Source: Camelus ferus (lineage: Eukaryota). Taken from it: DNA of 64,000 bases. The notes beneath the pieces were generated by a model that saw nothing but the letters and a program-made list of their open reading frames with translations, was not told the origin of the DNA and ran no database searches. Below, one piece after another: positions 23,751-38,991 of this stretch. The DNA lies in NCBI RefSeq assembly GCF_009834535.1, contig NC_045704.1, forward strand, positions 40,176,001 through 40,240,000, in the 5' to 3' direction. The position numbers and the translations under genes were made by a program. How positions within the stretch are numbered: the stretch's first letter is position 1; the number at the start of each line of letters is the position of its first letter.

Positions 23751-26700
23751 GGCCAATTTTAGATGTTGAAGGAGCAAAATATCCAAAATCAAGATCTATA
23801 TTTGCCCAAACAGAAAGTTCATCAACTACTAATAAAAACACATGGAGGATTTTACTTAGGAACTACTTAGTCCTATTCGATAAATGTCTGAAAAGATTTC
23901 TTGATTTTCAATAAATAGGACATTAAAAGAAGAGAAAAAAGACTTTTAAAAACAGAAAACACTGGATTCAGCAGCAAGACGTCAAGGCAATCTGTCCATA
24001 AAGAAGGAGGCAGAACAAAACCAATCCTAAACAAATAAATATATACACAAAGACATTCCACTCCAGGCCCAAGGAAAAAAATCACAAGGAATCCAAAAGA
24101 GGCAGACATCATATACAGAGTTAAGCAGTGCTGGGAAACTGACCATTGTGCATCAGTAGATTCTCACTCCATGAACCTACTACAGAAGAGTGTAGTAAAT
24201 AATTGTCATAATTTGACAAAAATACAAAAAAAAAAACCCTTATTAGTAGTATTTATTTTTTAGCAATGGAAGGAAAATTCTGAGAAAACAGACATTTCTG
24301 CTCTATACATTTTAATGATGAAATTGACAGAAATTACTAACTTGCCCAAGGCCACTAAAACTCATCAACTGAAAGCTGAGACTTCTAGTTTTCTAATTCC
24401 AAAACTATATTCTTTCTTCTGCTTATATAAAATATAAGAAAACATGGAATCCTGATGTAAATTTTAGATATTTCTTCCACCAGGAATAGCAAAACATTAT
24501 TTTAATGCTAATGAACAAATTAGGAACTACATAGAATAGTCACTTTAAGTGCAGCCAATTCATTAGTGGGCATTTCTTTGTAAATTATATCATAAGACAG
24601 GCACATTCTTCATTTAATAGTGACCTCAACTGACATTACTTGTTTGTGTTAAAAATTATCTAATTGTGAAGGAAAAGGGTGCTGGACTTTGGTTCAGTCC
24701 TACTCAGACTCTGTCCCTCACTTTAGGAGAGGTGGGGTAATTGTCTACTTTCCGGGACTTAAAGTCTCTCCGTTCTCCTGACTTCCAACATGACCACCTT
24801 TTGAAAATGACAGGATAGTGCAGGACACAGTATTAGCTTTATAGATGTACCATGTCAACACTTTTTGTGATTAAAATGACGAGCTGAAACTAGATATTCC
24901 CTAGAGCTAGAGATTCAAAATGGGAAGAGCCACGTTGCATCTAATTGGCCACACTTAAGAGAGCAAATTGCTGTTCTAAGCCGTGGCCATGAATCTGTAG
25001 AAATTCACTCACTTAAGAGGAACATTCTGAAAGTTTGTTGCAATAGTCTATGTAATATAATTTGAAGCTTCAAATACAACTTTTCATTGAAATATCACTA
25101 AAGGGTTAAGGAGGAAGTGGTATGAAACGAAATTTCCAACCATTTCAACTTCATTTTTGGCACTGCCTTCTGAACCTTGCATTTTATTTCTTTCCTATAT
25201 TGAGTGACTTTTCAAGTGGTCCTGCTGTGAGCCAGTAGAATTACTAAGAGGTTTCTGATTTCATAGCTATTTTTTATTATATTTGGAAGCTAGTCTTAAG
25301 TAGAGCTAAAACTCCAGGGCCACTATTTTAGAGTAGTAAAGATTGACATCTAAATTATGATCTAAGGAGAGTACCAAGCCACAGCTTCATGGACTGTAGA
25401 AAGAAGCAAAAAAATGGATTTGTCTCTGGAAATGTCTGTTTGATGTCTCTGAGGAATTTTCAAGCATCTTAAATTCCAAATCTCAGCAATGAAATTATAA
25501 CAGACATTTGGCTTACATCTATTACCTTTAGCTAATTTCTACTTACAGTTCCTTAAATCTAGCTTGAAATGTCTCTCTCTTGTCCTGGAGAAAATATGCT
25601 GGCAAATGATTTAAGAATCTAAAGCAGACGGAATAGGGATTATGGATGGTCAATGATAAGACATAACACAAAAATGATTTGTTGCAAAATGAAAAGAGAA
25701 AAGGCACTGGGCATTTTTTTGGATTTAATCCCTGGCTTCATTCACAGGATCAGAAATCTTACATTCCATTCAAATCTAAGTAAAATAGTACGCATCTGTT
25801 CTATTTTCTGTGTGACTAAAGCCCAGGGAAGTTAGGAGACATGCCTAAGGTCATTCACTAACTTAATGATAAGTTAGTATCATTCTCTGTGTCTACAACG
25901 AGTTTCTTCCCACTCTTTCTTCTTATAGTTTCTTTTTATTTATCCTTCAGAATGGAATTTAAATAGTACCTCTTAGGATAGCCATCTATAACCACCACCA
26001 GCCAGCATGACACAGATACCCAAATTCTGTATTTTATAGCACCTTGCATGCTCATCTTAGAACTTATAAAACATAATAACAGTTTGTTTATTCCTCAATT
26101 TAATCTAATAGACAAGTAATCCCACTGAAGGCGCAAATAATGCCTTATCCAATACGACAAACCTAATACCTACCTTAATAAATAATACATATTAAGTAAT
26201 TAGAGAATGGTTGTTGCATAAAGTGGCATAGCTAGAAATAAGACATGTAACTGCTAAGGCCGGGTATTTTAGGGGAACGAGGCCAAACTGATAATATGGA
26301 GCAATTACTCTAAAACTGAAGTAATAAACTGATGATGAGTTGGTGGCATCACATAGAGGGTTTTTTGGCCGTGTTAGAAGTTCTGTGTGGCTAACTGGGT
26401 TGTCAAAGAGCTATTCATCCTAAGACAATACCCATATTTAGTCTGAAAGAGAAAGACAGGAAGAAGTGACTTAAAAGTCTAAGATAGCATGCTAGTTTCA
26501 TTGAGCACTGGGGGAAGAGGAAAAAGACACAGAGACTCACTTCCAGCTGGCTGAAATTGGACTGAAAAAGTAAGAAAGCAAGAAAGCAGATGCCTTCCCA
26601 CCATCACGACCCAAAGCAGTTGTTTAGATTAGCACTTCCCACTTGACTCTCTCGTTTTTTGAAGACAGTTAGTGATAGAACATTGCCTTGAAATCTACGT

Positions 26701-27189
26701 ATATCAAAATTGACTCAAAACACATGGTATACACACTGTAGGACCCTGTGTTGTATTCTGGTTATTTCCATATAGAATATCAGCCCTTAATTTGCCGTTG
26801 TTATTACCAACACCATTTATAAGGGAGGAGTGGAGACACAGAATTCCGAGGATTTATCAAGGTATAAACACAAATGCATTTGAGAGTACCCCAGAATGTA
26901 TAAAAATGAGGTTATAAATAAGACTGCACTGCCTACAGCTTGTTCTGATGAGGTGACTGAGAAGGCTAAAATGAGAGTAGGAGGGAGCACCTACATCATC
27001 AGGACACCTCGCAGAGATTCAAATTCACAACTGCTGACTCCCAGCCAGCTGTTCCTCCACAGTGCCCCGCTAACTGGCATCTTCAAGTGCCGGTGCTACC
27101 TTGTAATAGTGTCGTGGGTATGTGCGAAGTCGGGGAACAAGAGTGGGAGAGTCTAGAACGACCAGTGACTTCCCTGGCCACAAATCCCA

Positions 27190-27430
27190 CCAATTCAATA
27201 GCATTTACACTACGTAACATGTATGGAAACTCACTAAGCCTAACGTACTATAACCTGCGTACTTTATCTCATGTCATCCTGCAGACAGTCCGGGGAGACT
27301 GGTTATTATCATCTCTATTTTACAAGGACGCCTATCTCCCAGGCAGGTTAAACGGACTTACTGACTTCACAGAACTAACACGGAACAAAGACAGGATTGA
27401 AAACCAGGTTTCCACCTTCAAAGCCTTGTG
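27190..27430 (-). mobile_element. MIR, near full length
   Basis: ctcatgtcatcctgcagacagtcc...ttattatcatctctattttacaagg...ggattgaaaaccagg. Confidence 0.8.
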
Positions 27431-27781
27431 ATACCAGCCCTGATGCCACTGCTCCTGGCCTCCTCCTGTTTGCCCTCCTTCCTGCTTGCCTCTTGCAGCG
27501 TGACTGTCTTAGGAAATGATAGGGCTCTGAGGGACACAGAATTGTCTTGATTAACAGTGTGAACATACAGAGCTGTGGGACTAATAGTTTTTGTTGGAGA
27601 TGGTGTGGGGGCAGCTAAGCTATTGCCATGTTTAGTCTAATTAGAAAGTACAATGTCTTCAAGGCTAGTGCTGCCTTGGTGGCAAAAACGGCTCTGTGTT
27701 TCTAATATTTCTTAATTTACTATTGAATTAGACATGGAGAAATAATGTTCTTCCACTCTTCCCCAACTCAGGTGTCATGGG

Positions 27782-27822
27782 ACACACACACACACACACA
27801 CATACATACAAACACACACATG
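27782..27822. repeat. Imperfect (AC)n microsatellite
   Basis: Read directly. Confidence 0.9.
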
Positions 27823-30800
27823 CAACTCACCATTCATGTTCGGGGTCATGTTTTGTGTGTATTCTTTTGCTAGGTCCAATCTTTAGGCAATGACAGTATT
27901 ATTGTCCAGGTGCTTTTGCCTAACGTTAGGTATTGGGACAAAGAACTGAAATTTTGTTCATTAAAGAAGCTTCATTTACGTATTGCTTCATAGTTCCTCT
28001 TAATGCTAATTTATTACCAATTTTGGAGACACTTTTTATTTCTACAGGAGACTAGCCTGGCCATTCATCCTTGCCTGGAATATTATAGACTTTTGTCTTT
28101 GCCCCTGCATAATTGTTATTGCTCATCAATCCTAAAACTTTTCAATCTCAAAAGTTTCCTGGTTTTGTCTTCCTAAATCCTAAATACCCAGTACTCTAAT
28201 GATTGTTAAGTATACCATTGCATTGTTACAGTGTTACTTAATATTGAGTTAAGTAAACTAAATATTGACCTTGATTAGAGTAGAGACACAATGCAGAGAT
28301 GAGAATGGTTTCAGAGACAAATACATTCTTTTCTAAGTATCTCTCTGCTCATGAAGGACAAAATAGTATCCTTCAAGTTGCGAGTTCTCTTTTTTCCAAA
28401 TCAGCCTGTTGGCAGTATCTCCCTATGTTTCTATGATCTCAATTGTAATATACACTCTTACACCCTTACTCCATGTATATATAATATGGATTATGGCTTT
28501 ATCCTCTAAGCCTATTATTTGGCAATGTGGCTTGTTATGCATTCAGAAATATTTGGAATATAAAAATTAAACAAAATAAGCATGTGGATATCAAATGACT
28601 ACACGTAAAAATGTCTTTGGCACTTTTTTGCAATTAAAATACTTCTAAATATACCTAACACACTTCTACAACCAATTAAAAAAAAAGAAATATAATTGGT
28701 AAAATTTTACTTTATTTTCTATAAATAGGTATTCATTTAGTTTTTACCCCCGAGGGTCTACAATTACAACTGTTTTTTATATATTGTCATAGTTCATAAA
28801 ATATGCCCTTTAACATATTAGAGCTTTAACAGAAGAGTTTAAAAATAAACTGATCCATTTTTTCATATGTGTTTTTTTTTAACTATTTTTTTCTTAAACA
28901 ATATTGCTCCAATCATACACAGACATTTCTGCTGTCAGTATGGAACTTCCATTTTAACTGAGAGTTAATCTCTTTGTGTTGGTTAAAATGTCCTTTTATT
29001 CTTGAAACCTCAGCAAGATGATCTGAAAGCAGAGATGTGGAAATGGGCTTATAAACTGTAAAATCTCTGCCACAATCTATCAGTTAAACAGTTTATTATT
29101 TTATAATGAAAAGACACTATCACTAATAGGTCAAACATTCTCTCATCCTCTTGTTATTTTCTTTCTTTCTTTTTTTTTGATCGTAAATACAGTGTTGTTA
29201 TCTTTAGACAGGATGACAGCTTCAGGCGAGAGATACAACCCCAGGGACTAGCACTTTAATTTAAAAAGCCAAGAGGAGAAAACACAAGAGGAAATCAGAC
29301 AAGGCAAGGCTGGAAACAAAAGCTGCATTTACTTCACAATCAAAAGGTGGACAAGGAGCCCCTGCTAATCTCAAGCCGACTCCAGAGGTTGTACTTTTAA
29401 TAGCAAAAACAGGAAATAGGAACAAATGACAGAAACCTCTTTAGTGAGGATCTGAGGACATCAGCGTAAGACGATACCCAGGAGATTACTTTCTCGAACA
29501 GATACATAAGGGAGAGGCATAGAGTTTTCTGACACTCTGAGTGTAAGAAATTACTTTCTCTTACTTTAAGAGAAGGTGTTTTTATAAAGGAAAGACAACA
29601 GTATGTCTTCCATTCCTCTGTCAATAAGCAAGCATTTCTGAGCTAAACACAGAAGGAAGGCAGTGAGATACAAAGACAAAAAATAACGTTCTAACTCCAG
29701 TTTCTAAAACAGATCATTTGGGGATAAAAAAAAAAATGCAAAGTTCTTATGTGCCTGAGCTATTAATGCTGAACCACGACGTCCTGAAGCATATATATGA
29801 TAATGATGGCATGTATAGATCATATATAGCCTGTGGTCTCAGTGCCTAGCACAAGCTTGAGAGTTACTTACTACTTACGCATATTTCTTGAACTAAACCA
29901 TTGGAAGATATGAGAATGAAAACTTGGAACACTCTGGGAGTATTTAGGAGGGGCAGGACATTAATCAAAGGTGGTGATTCTTTTAGTTTAGGCTTAAAGA
30001 AGTAAACATTAAAGTGTAGGGGAAAAGGTGATCTGGTTTTAGCAGAGACAAAGCACTATGTGCAGTTATGTTAAGTTTAAGTGTTCATGAAGCAGAACTA
30101 GAGAAAAATAATAAACGATGGTGATGAGGAGGAGAATGAAGATGACTATGGTGGTGGTGGTAACGGTAATGATTATGATGACGATACCAAAATTCTCAAC
30201 ATTTAAAATTCCTGTTGGCTTCAGGGACTGTGTTAAACTGTTTGCAAAGTTACCAACTCTTCACTAATCTTTGTAAAAATCCAATAAAGTAATGTAATTC
30301 TCAGGACAAATTGTCAGTATTTTTTGAAGTCTAGGGGAGAATCTCAGTATAGTTACAGGAGTTAAAGAAAATAGCATCTTTCAAATTTGGGGGAAGAAAT
30401 TATACCAATTCAGTATGGAATCTCTGGTTACCTATTTCATGATAATTAAATGTTCTCAATGATGTATGTGCATGCTTTTAAAAAAATAAGAATGGAGAAA
30501 AATAGACATTGATTGAAAATACAGTTCATTTGCTATAAAAAAGTAAAACATGGCTTGGTAAAAAGGTAATAAAAATATCTTCAGTGGTGAAACATTTGCA
30601 AAATACAGATTTTATATCCACCTTTTACTTTATAATCTCAGAACTTCAAATGACTTAAGACCTCACAGATGAGCATGATGCTAGACCTTAAATTTGCTGA
30701 CAAGCACCCAAGCCTCCTAACTTCTGAAGTGCACACCAGCACATACAGTCCTTCTTCTCCTAGTCCTTAAATCAATTGCTTATGTGTAGGTCATTGTTTA

Positions 30801-31119
30801 TGAGCTAGTCAGAGAAGTTAATTAATTTTTAGTTGGTATCTAGCACAAGGAGGCCTTCTCCACTTGTGTTATCTTTTGTTCCAAATTAGCGAATTAACAG
30901 AGAGCCCCTGACAAGTATTCAATATCTTTACTTCAAAATCCAGCTCCTCCTTCTCCTCCCTTGCATAATATTGATTCCTTCTTACTGCAGCCTAGTTCTT
31001 ACTATGGGGAAGATTTACGCTGCACTTCTCTGTTACCTTTGACTCACTGCGCCTCAGGAATACAATGCTAACTAGTGTGACTTGCACTTTACTTCAATTA
31101 ATAATATTTAATATTTAGA

Positions 31120-34100
31120 GGAGTTAAGAGAAAAATTGAGCAGATAGGACAAACTTCACATATACCTCCTTCCTGAGGGTTTCCCTCATGACTGACATTT
31201 TGCACTAGTGTGGCATAATTGTTAAAATTCATGCGCCAACATCAATGCATTATTATTAAGTAAAATACTTAGTTCACTCTTTGTGTTGTACATTCTGCAG
31301 GTTTTAACATATAAATGATATGTATCCACCAATACAAGAGTATACAGAATAGTTTCTCATCACCCTACAAATCCCCTGTGCTCCATTATTCACTCTTCAC
31401 TTCCACCAAAACTCTGGCGGCCACTGATCTTTTACTGTTTTGTCTTTTCCAGAATGTCACAGAGTTGGAATCATACATTATACAGTAAGGTTTATTTGTT
31501 AGACTGGTTTATTTTACTTAGCAATATTTATTTTAGGTCCCTGCATGTCTTTTCATAGCCTGAGAGGTCATTTCTTTTTATTACTGAATGATATTCCACT
31601 GGATGGATGTTCCACAGTTTGTTTATCTGTCCACTTATATTGAAGAGTATCTGTATTGTTTTTTCCAGTTTGTGGTAATTATGAATAAAAAAAACTATAA
31701 ACATTTGTGTGCTGGCTTTTCTTTGGACATAGTTTTCAACTAATTTGGGTAAATACCAATAAGCATGATTGGTGAGTCATGTGTGAGGACTATGTTTGGC
31801 TTTGTAAGAAACATCCAAAATGTCTTCCAGAGTGGCTGTATCATTGCGCATCCCACCAGCAATGAGTGCGCATTCCTTCTGCTCAGTACCCCCTCCCCCA
31901 GCACTCGCCATTATCAGTTTTTTGGGTAACAGCCATACTAATAGGTGTATAGTGGTATCTTATTGTTTTAATTTAAAATTCCGCAACGACTCATGATGTT
32001 GAATACTTTGAGCACTTTTTATATGTTTATTTGCAATCTGTGTATCTTCTTAGATGAGATATATGTTCATACTGTTTTCCTATTTTTTAATTGGGTTGTT
32101 TATTTTCTTATTGTTGAGTTTTAAGAGTCTTTTTTTTTTGTATATATATTTTGGATATAAGATCTTTAGAAGACATGGACTAAAATCTTTGTCCAGCTCT
32201 TAATACTGAAGAATTTCTCCTATTTTTTTCCAAAATAGAGTTAATATATTTACAGACAGTCCATAATCATTTTGAGTTAATTTTTGCATATGGTGTGAGA
32301 TTTAGATTGAGGTGCATTATTTTGCCTATGGATGGCCAAGTGCTCCAGCATCATTTGTTGAAGAGGCTACCTTTCCTCCACTGAATTACTTCCGTACTTC
32401 TGTCAAAATTCAGATGGACAAATCTGTGTCGGTCTGTTTCTTGGTTCTCTGTTCCATTCCATTGATCTATATGTATTTCCCTTCAACTATACCACAGTCT
32501 TGATTACTACAGTTACATAACAAGTATTTAAATCAGGTAGACTGGTTCCTCCCACTTCCTCTTTTTCAAAATTATTTTATCCATTAGAGTTCCTTTGACT
32601 TTTTGTATAAATTTTAAATAATGAAGCTATATCTACAAAAATTTTGCTGGAACATTTATAGGAATTGCTCTTAGCCTACAAATCAATTTGGGGAGAAATG
32701 ACACCTTCACTACACTGAGTCTTCCAACTCATTAATGTAGTATACCTCTTTATTTAATTAAATCTTTTAAATTTCTTTTACTAGCATCTTGTAGTTTTCA
32801 ATAACAAAGTCCTGTTCACATTTTGCTGTATTTACAACTAAGTATTTCATTTTTTGAGAAACTATAAATAGCATTGTGTCTTTAATTCTGGTACACTTAT
32901 CTTCATTGCTATGGAAATATAATTGTTATATGTATATTTATCTTGTATCATTGTACCTTACTAACCTGACTTATTTCTAAAGATTTTTTTGGAGATTCCT
33001 TGGGATTTTCTATGCACACAGTCATGTCATCCATGAATACAGTAAGAATTACTTCTGTCTTTTTAATCAACATAACTTTTATTCCCCTCTCTTGCTTGTT
33101 GTACTGGCTAGATCCTTCCAGCACTATGCTAAATTAGTGCTTAGAGAAGACATCCCTGCCTTGTTCCTGAACATCATGAGGTATGATGCTAGTTGTAGCA
33201 TTTTGCAGCTGCTGTTTATCAAACTGAGGAAGTTCCCCCTCTATCTAATTTTCTGAGATTTTTATTATGAATGTGTGTTGAATTTTGTCAAATGTTTTTT
33301 TCTAAACTGTTTAGTATTATCATGTTTTTTTTTCTTTTTTAGTCTGTTAACACAATGGATTACTTTGATTAATTTTTTAATATTGAACTGAACTTGCATC
33401 ACATAAATCCCCCTTGATCATTGTGTAAATTCTTTTCATATACTTCTACATTCTATTTTTTATTGGTTTGTTAAACATTTTTCCATCTATATTATTAAGA
33501 GACATTGATCTATAATTTTCTTATCTTGTACTGTGTTTGTCCATGTTTTTTATTAGAGTGACACTAGCTTCATCAAACAAATTGGAAATTGGCCACTTCC
33601 ACTTTCTGAATTGGTGGTAATTTTTCTTTAACATTTGTTAGAATTCTCTAATGAAACCACCTTGGTGTGGGGATTTCTACATTGGGAGATTTTCATTTTA
33701 AAATCAGTTTCTTTAAGATTGAGGGCTATTTAAAGTATTTATTTCAATTGAGTGTGTTACGGCAGTTTGAGTTTTTTAAGAAACTGGTCCACTTCATCTA
33801 AGTTGTCAGATTTATGTATACAGAGTTTTCAGAGTATCCTATTGTGCTCTGCAGGATCAATAATATTATTCCCTGTTATTCCAGATATTGGCCATTTGTA
33901 TCTATTTTTTTCTATTTAGCACACTTGTTGGAGATTTGAAATTTTGTTAATTGTTCCCAAAGAATCAGCTCTTTGTTTCACTGATTTTCTCTGTCGATTT
34001 TCTGCTTTGATTTTGGATTTTTTTTTTATTATCATTGATTTTGGATTCTTTTTTATTATATTTTTCCTCTTGCGTTTGAGTTTACTTGCTCTTTTTCTTG

Positions 34101-35370
34101 GCTCTTAAGATGTGAGCTTGATCATTTATTTTAAACTTTTCCTCTTTTCTAATGTATGAATATAATATTATAAATTTCCCTGTCAGCAGTGCTTTAGCTA
34201 TAACCTAAACATTTAAATGTTGTATTTTCAATTTCATTCCGTCTGATGTACTTTTTTAAATTTCCTTTAAGACTACTACTGGTTTAAAGAATAATTTAAA
34301 ATTATATTTAGTTTCCAAATGTTTGGATATTTTCCTGTTGTCATTGTGATTCAGAAACATACACTGCATGATTTCAGTTCTTTAAAATTAGTTGTGATTT
34401 ATTTTATGACTCGTGATCTACCTCGGTATTTGTTTTACAGGTACTTGAAAAGAACGTGTGTTCTGCTGTTGAGCGGCATGTTTTATAAATGTCAGCTAGA
34501 ACCTGTTGGTTACGTTTTTTTTTCACAAGTTTGTAGCATTTCTGTCTAACTTTTATTAATTGAGTTAGGGCTATTTAAACCTCAAATTATCATTGTACAT
34601 TTGTCTCTTTCTTCTTCCAGTTCTATCAGTTTTTGCTTCACCTATTTTGCTATTCTGTTTTTTGCTTCATACACATCTAGAATTGCTATGCGCTTTTGAT
34701 GGATTAACCTGTTCATTACATAATGTCATTCTCCGTCTCTGATGATTTTTTTTTTTAACTCTGAGGTCTACTTTATCAGATGTTAATATACCTACTGCTT
34801 TGATTGGATTAATGTTTGGATGATATATCTCTTTTCATCCTTTTACTTTCAAACTGTCTATTATGATAGATATGAAGTAAATCTCTTGTACGTAGAAGAT
34901 AGTTGGGTTTTGTATTTTAATCTACTGTGTCAATCTTGTCTTTTAATTGGTGCATTTAGACTGTTGCCTTTTAATCTAACTATTGATATGGAGGGCCATT
35001 CTATTTGGGGATTCTATTGGTTCTCTCTTTTTTATTTTTTCTGTCTTCCTTTTCTTGCTTTCTTATGGGTTACTAGTGAATTTTTAGAAATTCATTTTGA
35101 CTTCTCTATAGTGTTTATGAGTTTCTCTCTTTGTATAGATTTTTTTAGTGGTTGCTGAAGGTATTACATTATAAAAAATATACATACACACATTTTATAA
35201 AAGTCTACTGATATCATCATTTTACCAATTTGAGTGAAGTGTACAAAACCGACCTTCCCTTATGTCTCTTTACGCTCCCTGTTTTTAATATAATGTTCTT
35301 AAACATTTACTCCACATACACTTAGAACCATATCAAAGTGCTGTACATTTTGCTTCTATTGCCAAAAATA
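31120..35370 (-). mobile_element. Decayed L1MC-like LINE-1 spanning 3' UTR, internally deleted ORF2 and the inter-ORF region
   Basis: L1MC-type 3' end near 31.1-31.5 kb; ORF2-like AT-rich body; endonuclease-domain remnant near 34650-34740 (minus strand ggagaatgacattatgtaatgaacaggttaatccatcaaaag); many stops. Confidence 0.9.
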
Positions 35371-36679
35371 GGCTATACATATTTATCAATATGTGAAAAT
35401 GCACAGTCATTTATTTTTCTGAAAAATAAAACCTCGGAAATAGTATGTTAAACTTTATGAATTTTGATGGCATCCCGGCATATCTTTTCAGTCAGTCTTC
35501 TGTAAACTGAAATTAACACGATGAATACAGGCCCATTATACTGACTCGTACTTTTAAAAAGTTGTCACTGGATGATGCATTCTCTTATTTTCAATTGTAT
35601 CCAGAGACCACTTTATATGTTTTAAACTTTCTTCCATTCTCCACTTTGCCTTTCATATTATCAGAAATAATTTAATAGCAGATCGCCTATACTTTTATTC
35701 TACCATTGAAGAATCTGAGCGCTAACAGCTTGTGAATGATGGATTTTCAGCACATAACCCAGGTTCCCGTGAGGGAGAGTTTAAAATCCATCACTTCATA
35801 ATGTCCCCATGTTGACAGAAATTCTCTAACAGAAAATGAAAAAAGAAGTGTCAGCTATAACACTGAATCCTTGATGGGCAGCCCTGTGAGCCATGGGCGG
35901 GGGGGGGGGGGTAAGTGTCACTGTCATATCATTCATAGATCTTATGCTTTGTTTAGGACACATTTGCCACACAATAGACAGGCGAGGAAATAGTGTATCA
36001 ATAAAGATTTAAAGTTTTTAAAAAATGATAGTTGTGTCATGAACAGAGGCTAAAGAAAAGAGAAGCAATGTCTGCTGAACAGTTACCTAAGCTGAGTACA
36101 GAGACCGCCACTTCACAGAGCTTGCCCTCTGTTCCCATCTTTGCGAACAGCCTCAGAACAGTCTGTCACCCCCCTCCTCATAGAAAAGAAAACCGAGACC
36201 CAGAGATACGAGTCGATTTCCCTGAAGAATATATATATTTATTTATTTACATATACTATTTTAATCCCCAAGTAGTTCCTCTCCATGACGCATGCAGCAC
36301 ACAAAGCTGTGATAAGAAAAGTAAATTACCTCCTTAAGAGTTGCTGCTACACAAGCATATTTGGGGACCCACAGCATGAACAACATTCCAGAAAAAATTC
36401 AAAGAACGAATTCAGAGCGTTCATACTGGGACATTCTTCCTTGACTAGGAAAAACCAGCTCTGAGTCTTAAGCAGATTTTAAGATTGTAACAGGAAGGAA
36501 TACAGGAAGATATTGAAACTAGATAAAACACCATGAATACAAGCCTGCAGGTAAAAATACTCGAATAATAGCAGAAACCACCAACACGTATTGGACGCTT
36601 ACCATGTCTGTCTCTCTTAATCTTCACAAAAAGAAAAACAGGAATTCTCTACATTTTATGAATACAATAAGGGCATCTG

Positions 36680-37170
36680 AAAAGATCAAAAAGCAACTAA
36701 GTGGCAGGTCCAGGTTTTAACACAGTACTGGATGGTCCTGCCACATGTGTCTGGCCTTAGCTGAGGGGTTGCTAAGGTGACAGTAAGAACTTTAATGGCA
36801 ATTGAGATCACTATCAAATTACATTCTTGATTGCATTCTAACAGGATTAGATACCATTCTCCAGGTAGTGAGGTGTTTCTTATGGTGTTTGGAAATGCTG
36901 TGACATTGTCAAAGATATATCTGGTGACCATATGAAGCCTTGATTTTAGTAGCAAGTTCCTGAACACAGGAAATGAAGTTAGGAGAATTCTAGAGTAATT
37001 TGGATGACTGCAAGAAAGAATCTGCCCTAAAGTGGGATTACTGGTCAAGGAAAGGAAAAATGACTATGGGGAATGCTTTGCATGAAAATGAGTTGGATAG
37101 AATACTATCCTCAAAAGGACAGGAAAACAGAAAAAAGGACAGGAAAAGCTGCCTGTTTCACCTTTCATGT
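36680..37170 (-). mobile_element. L2 fragment
   Basis: gacattgtcaaagatatatctggtgacc...aggaaatgaagttaggaga, reversed L2-like sequence. Confidence 0.55.
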
Positions 37171-38245
37171 CATAAGATATTTTTTTCCAATGAATTAACA
37201 AATTAAATAAGAAAGTTAACATTTCAAAAGTGGTAGAAATGTGGCAAAGCGCATAGCTTCACAAAGCTGATGGATTTACTCACATAAATGTAGTTTGGAT
37301 ATATTTGGTAATTATTTCAAATTGTATGAAAGGGATGTAATATTAACATGATGGAATGCTTCATAAAAGTCATGAAATCTCTGATATTTTATTAAACACA
37401 GTGCACTAAAATTCCAAATAAATATATAGTAGTTATTAGGGTTAGTAATAAAATCTGATTATTTTTATAATATATGTTGATTTCAGCAATATTGATTTTG
37501 CCTTATTTATATTAGGTTATTGAAGCTATACATTACTTACACTGGTTACTGTTCAATTTGGCATATTTATACCTTTTCTTCTAGTTAGATAATTGGCTTT
37601 ATTTTTATTATACCACATTCTTGTGGTGAACTTTTTTCTTGACGGTTGGCTTTATTTTATCATTTATTATCCACCAAGGGGCATTAAATTAGTTCTTGAA
37701 ATCTAGATGATGGAAAGAGGAGCAGCTGTTGGCAAAAGCAAAAACATGTATTTTTCTTATATTCTATGTAGCTTCTTGTATGTTCCTTTTTCATATTCAG
37801 AGTCGACTAACATTAGCCGAAGGCATACTTTGTGCTTCCGTAACAGGGCACACTCAGACAGACACGTCAACATTTGCCCAGTAACAAGAACCTTGATATC
37901 AACCTTTTTTGAGGGAATACAGTTGAGGGCAGTAAATCCAGGAGAAATTTGGGAGCCAATTAAAGAAAAGTAGAGAATGATAGCGCTCACACCCTAGTGT
38001 GGGAATGAAGGTCTTTCTCTTCATGTTCTATTACTCGACATTACAATGCAGTGCAAGCTACCAAATGTTACCCAGTGTGGTTCTGAAATGAACTTATAAT
38101 CTCCTCCATAGAATTGATGAATGTTGACAGACACACTTGGTTAAGAGAAAGAAATGTGTCTGTGCTTGATACGTGTTATTTTCTTCTTAAGCTATTTAGA
38201 CCCTGCTGATCTTTAATTTCCCTGACTCTGCTCTTGTCTTTCTTT

Positions 38246-38248
<3 letters not shown>

Positions 38249-38290
<42 letters not shown>
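38249..38290. repeat. (GT)21 microsatellite
   Basis: Read directly. Confidence 0.99.
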
Positions 38291-38292
<2 letters not shown>

Positions 38293-38991
38293 TATAGTTC
38301 TGGACCAGGGCCATTAACTCTGGATATATTGAAGAAACCTGTTGTAGGTAATGTTACAGATTCGTAAATCTACAGACCTATGCACAGATCTTCGTAATTC
38401 TCTGAATTCCTCTTTTGTGGCACTGACTGTCAGTATAATTACATTTGTCTATTGGACATTTCTCTCTAGACTACGACTTTCACGATGACAAGGGCCTTGA
38501 TCATCTGGTTTATCTTTGCCTTTCAGCACCCAAAGCAGTGACATATCGTTTGTCTTAAAACACACAGTTTAAGGAAAGTGATGTATACAATATTGAAAAA
38601 ATGCTAAAATAGTCAAGAGTTTTGTTCATTTGTTTGTTTGGTTTTTTGGTATTTATCAATAACGTTGCTCCATTTAGGAGCGATCTACTTTTCATACTTT
38701 TAATCTTATACTTTCTCCAGACCCTTTTCCATCCTTCTCCACCCATAGTTGGGCTCCGGGAGGTTGATCTGTTAGTCTGCCTCTGCCAGATACCCTTGTC
38801 CCTGGCAACCTATTTCAATTAGCCGGTGGGAGGCACTGACAGGACACGAGGAAGTGATGAAGGGTAGTCAGAATACGTACTACCCCCTCTCTGCCCCCAC
38901 GGGGCCATGCGTTCCTCTGTCAAAGGCCCCTGCTGTCAGAGGCCTCTCTGCCCCTCAGAGGCGCACTGCAACTGAGTTACAGCAACAAAAC

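Noticed and set aside
29141-29260. Strong pyrimidine tract and AG, followed by MTASGERYNPRD
   Set aside because: All frames stop quickly and no convincing donor follows; the peptide resemblance is coincidental.
34319-35158. Hydrophobic 76-112 aa ORFs on the + strand
   Set aside because: Antisense frames of T-rich decayed L1; not genes.
9105-37684. Two weaker CTCF-like matches (9105-9118 and 37671-37684)
   Set aside because: Each has two mismatches at informative positions.
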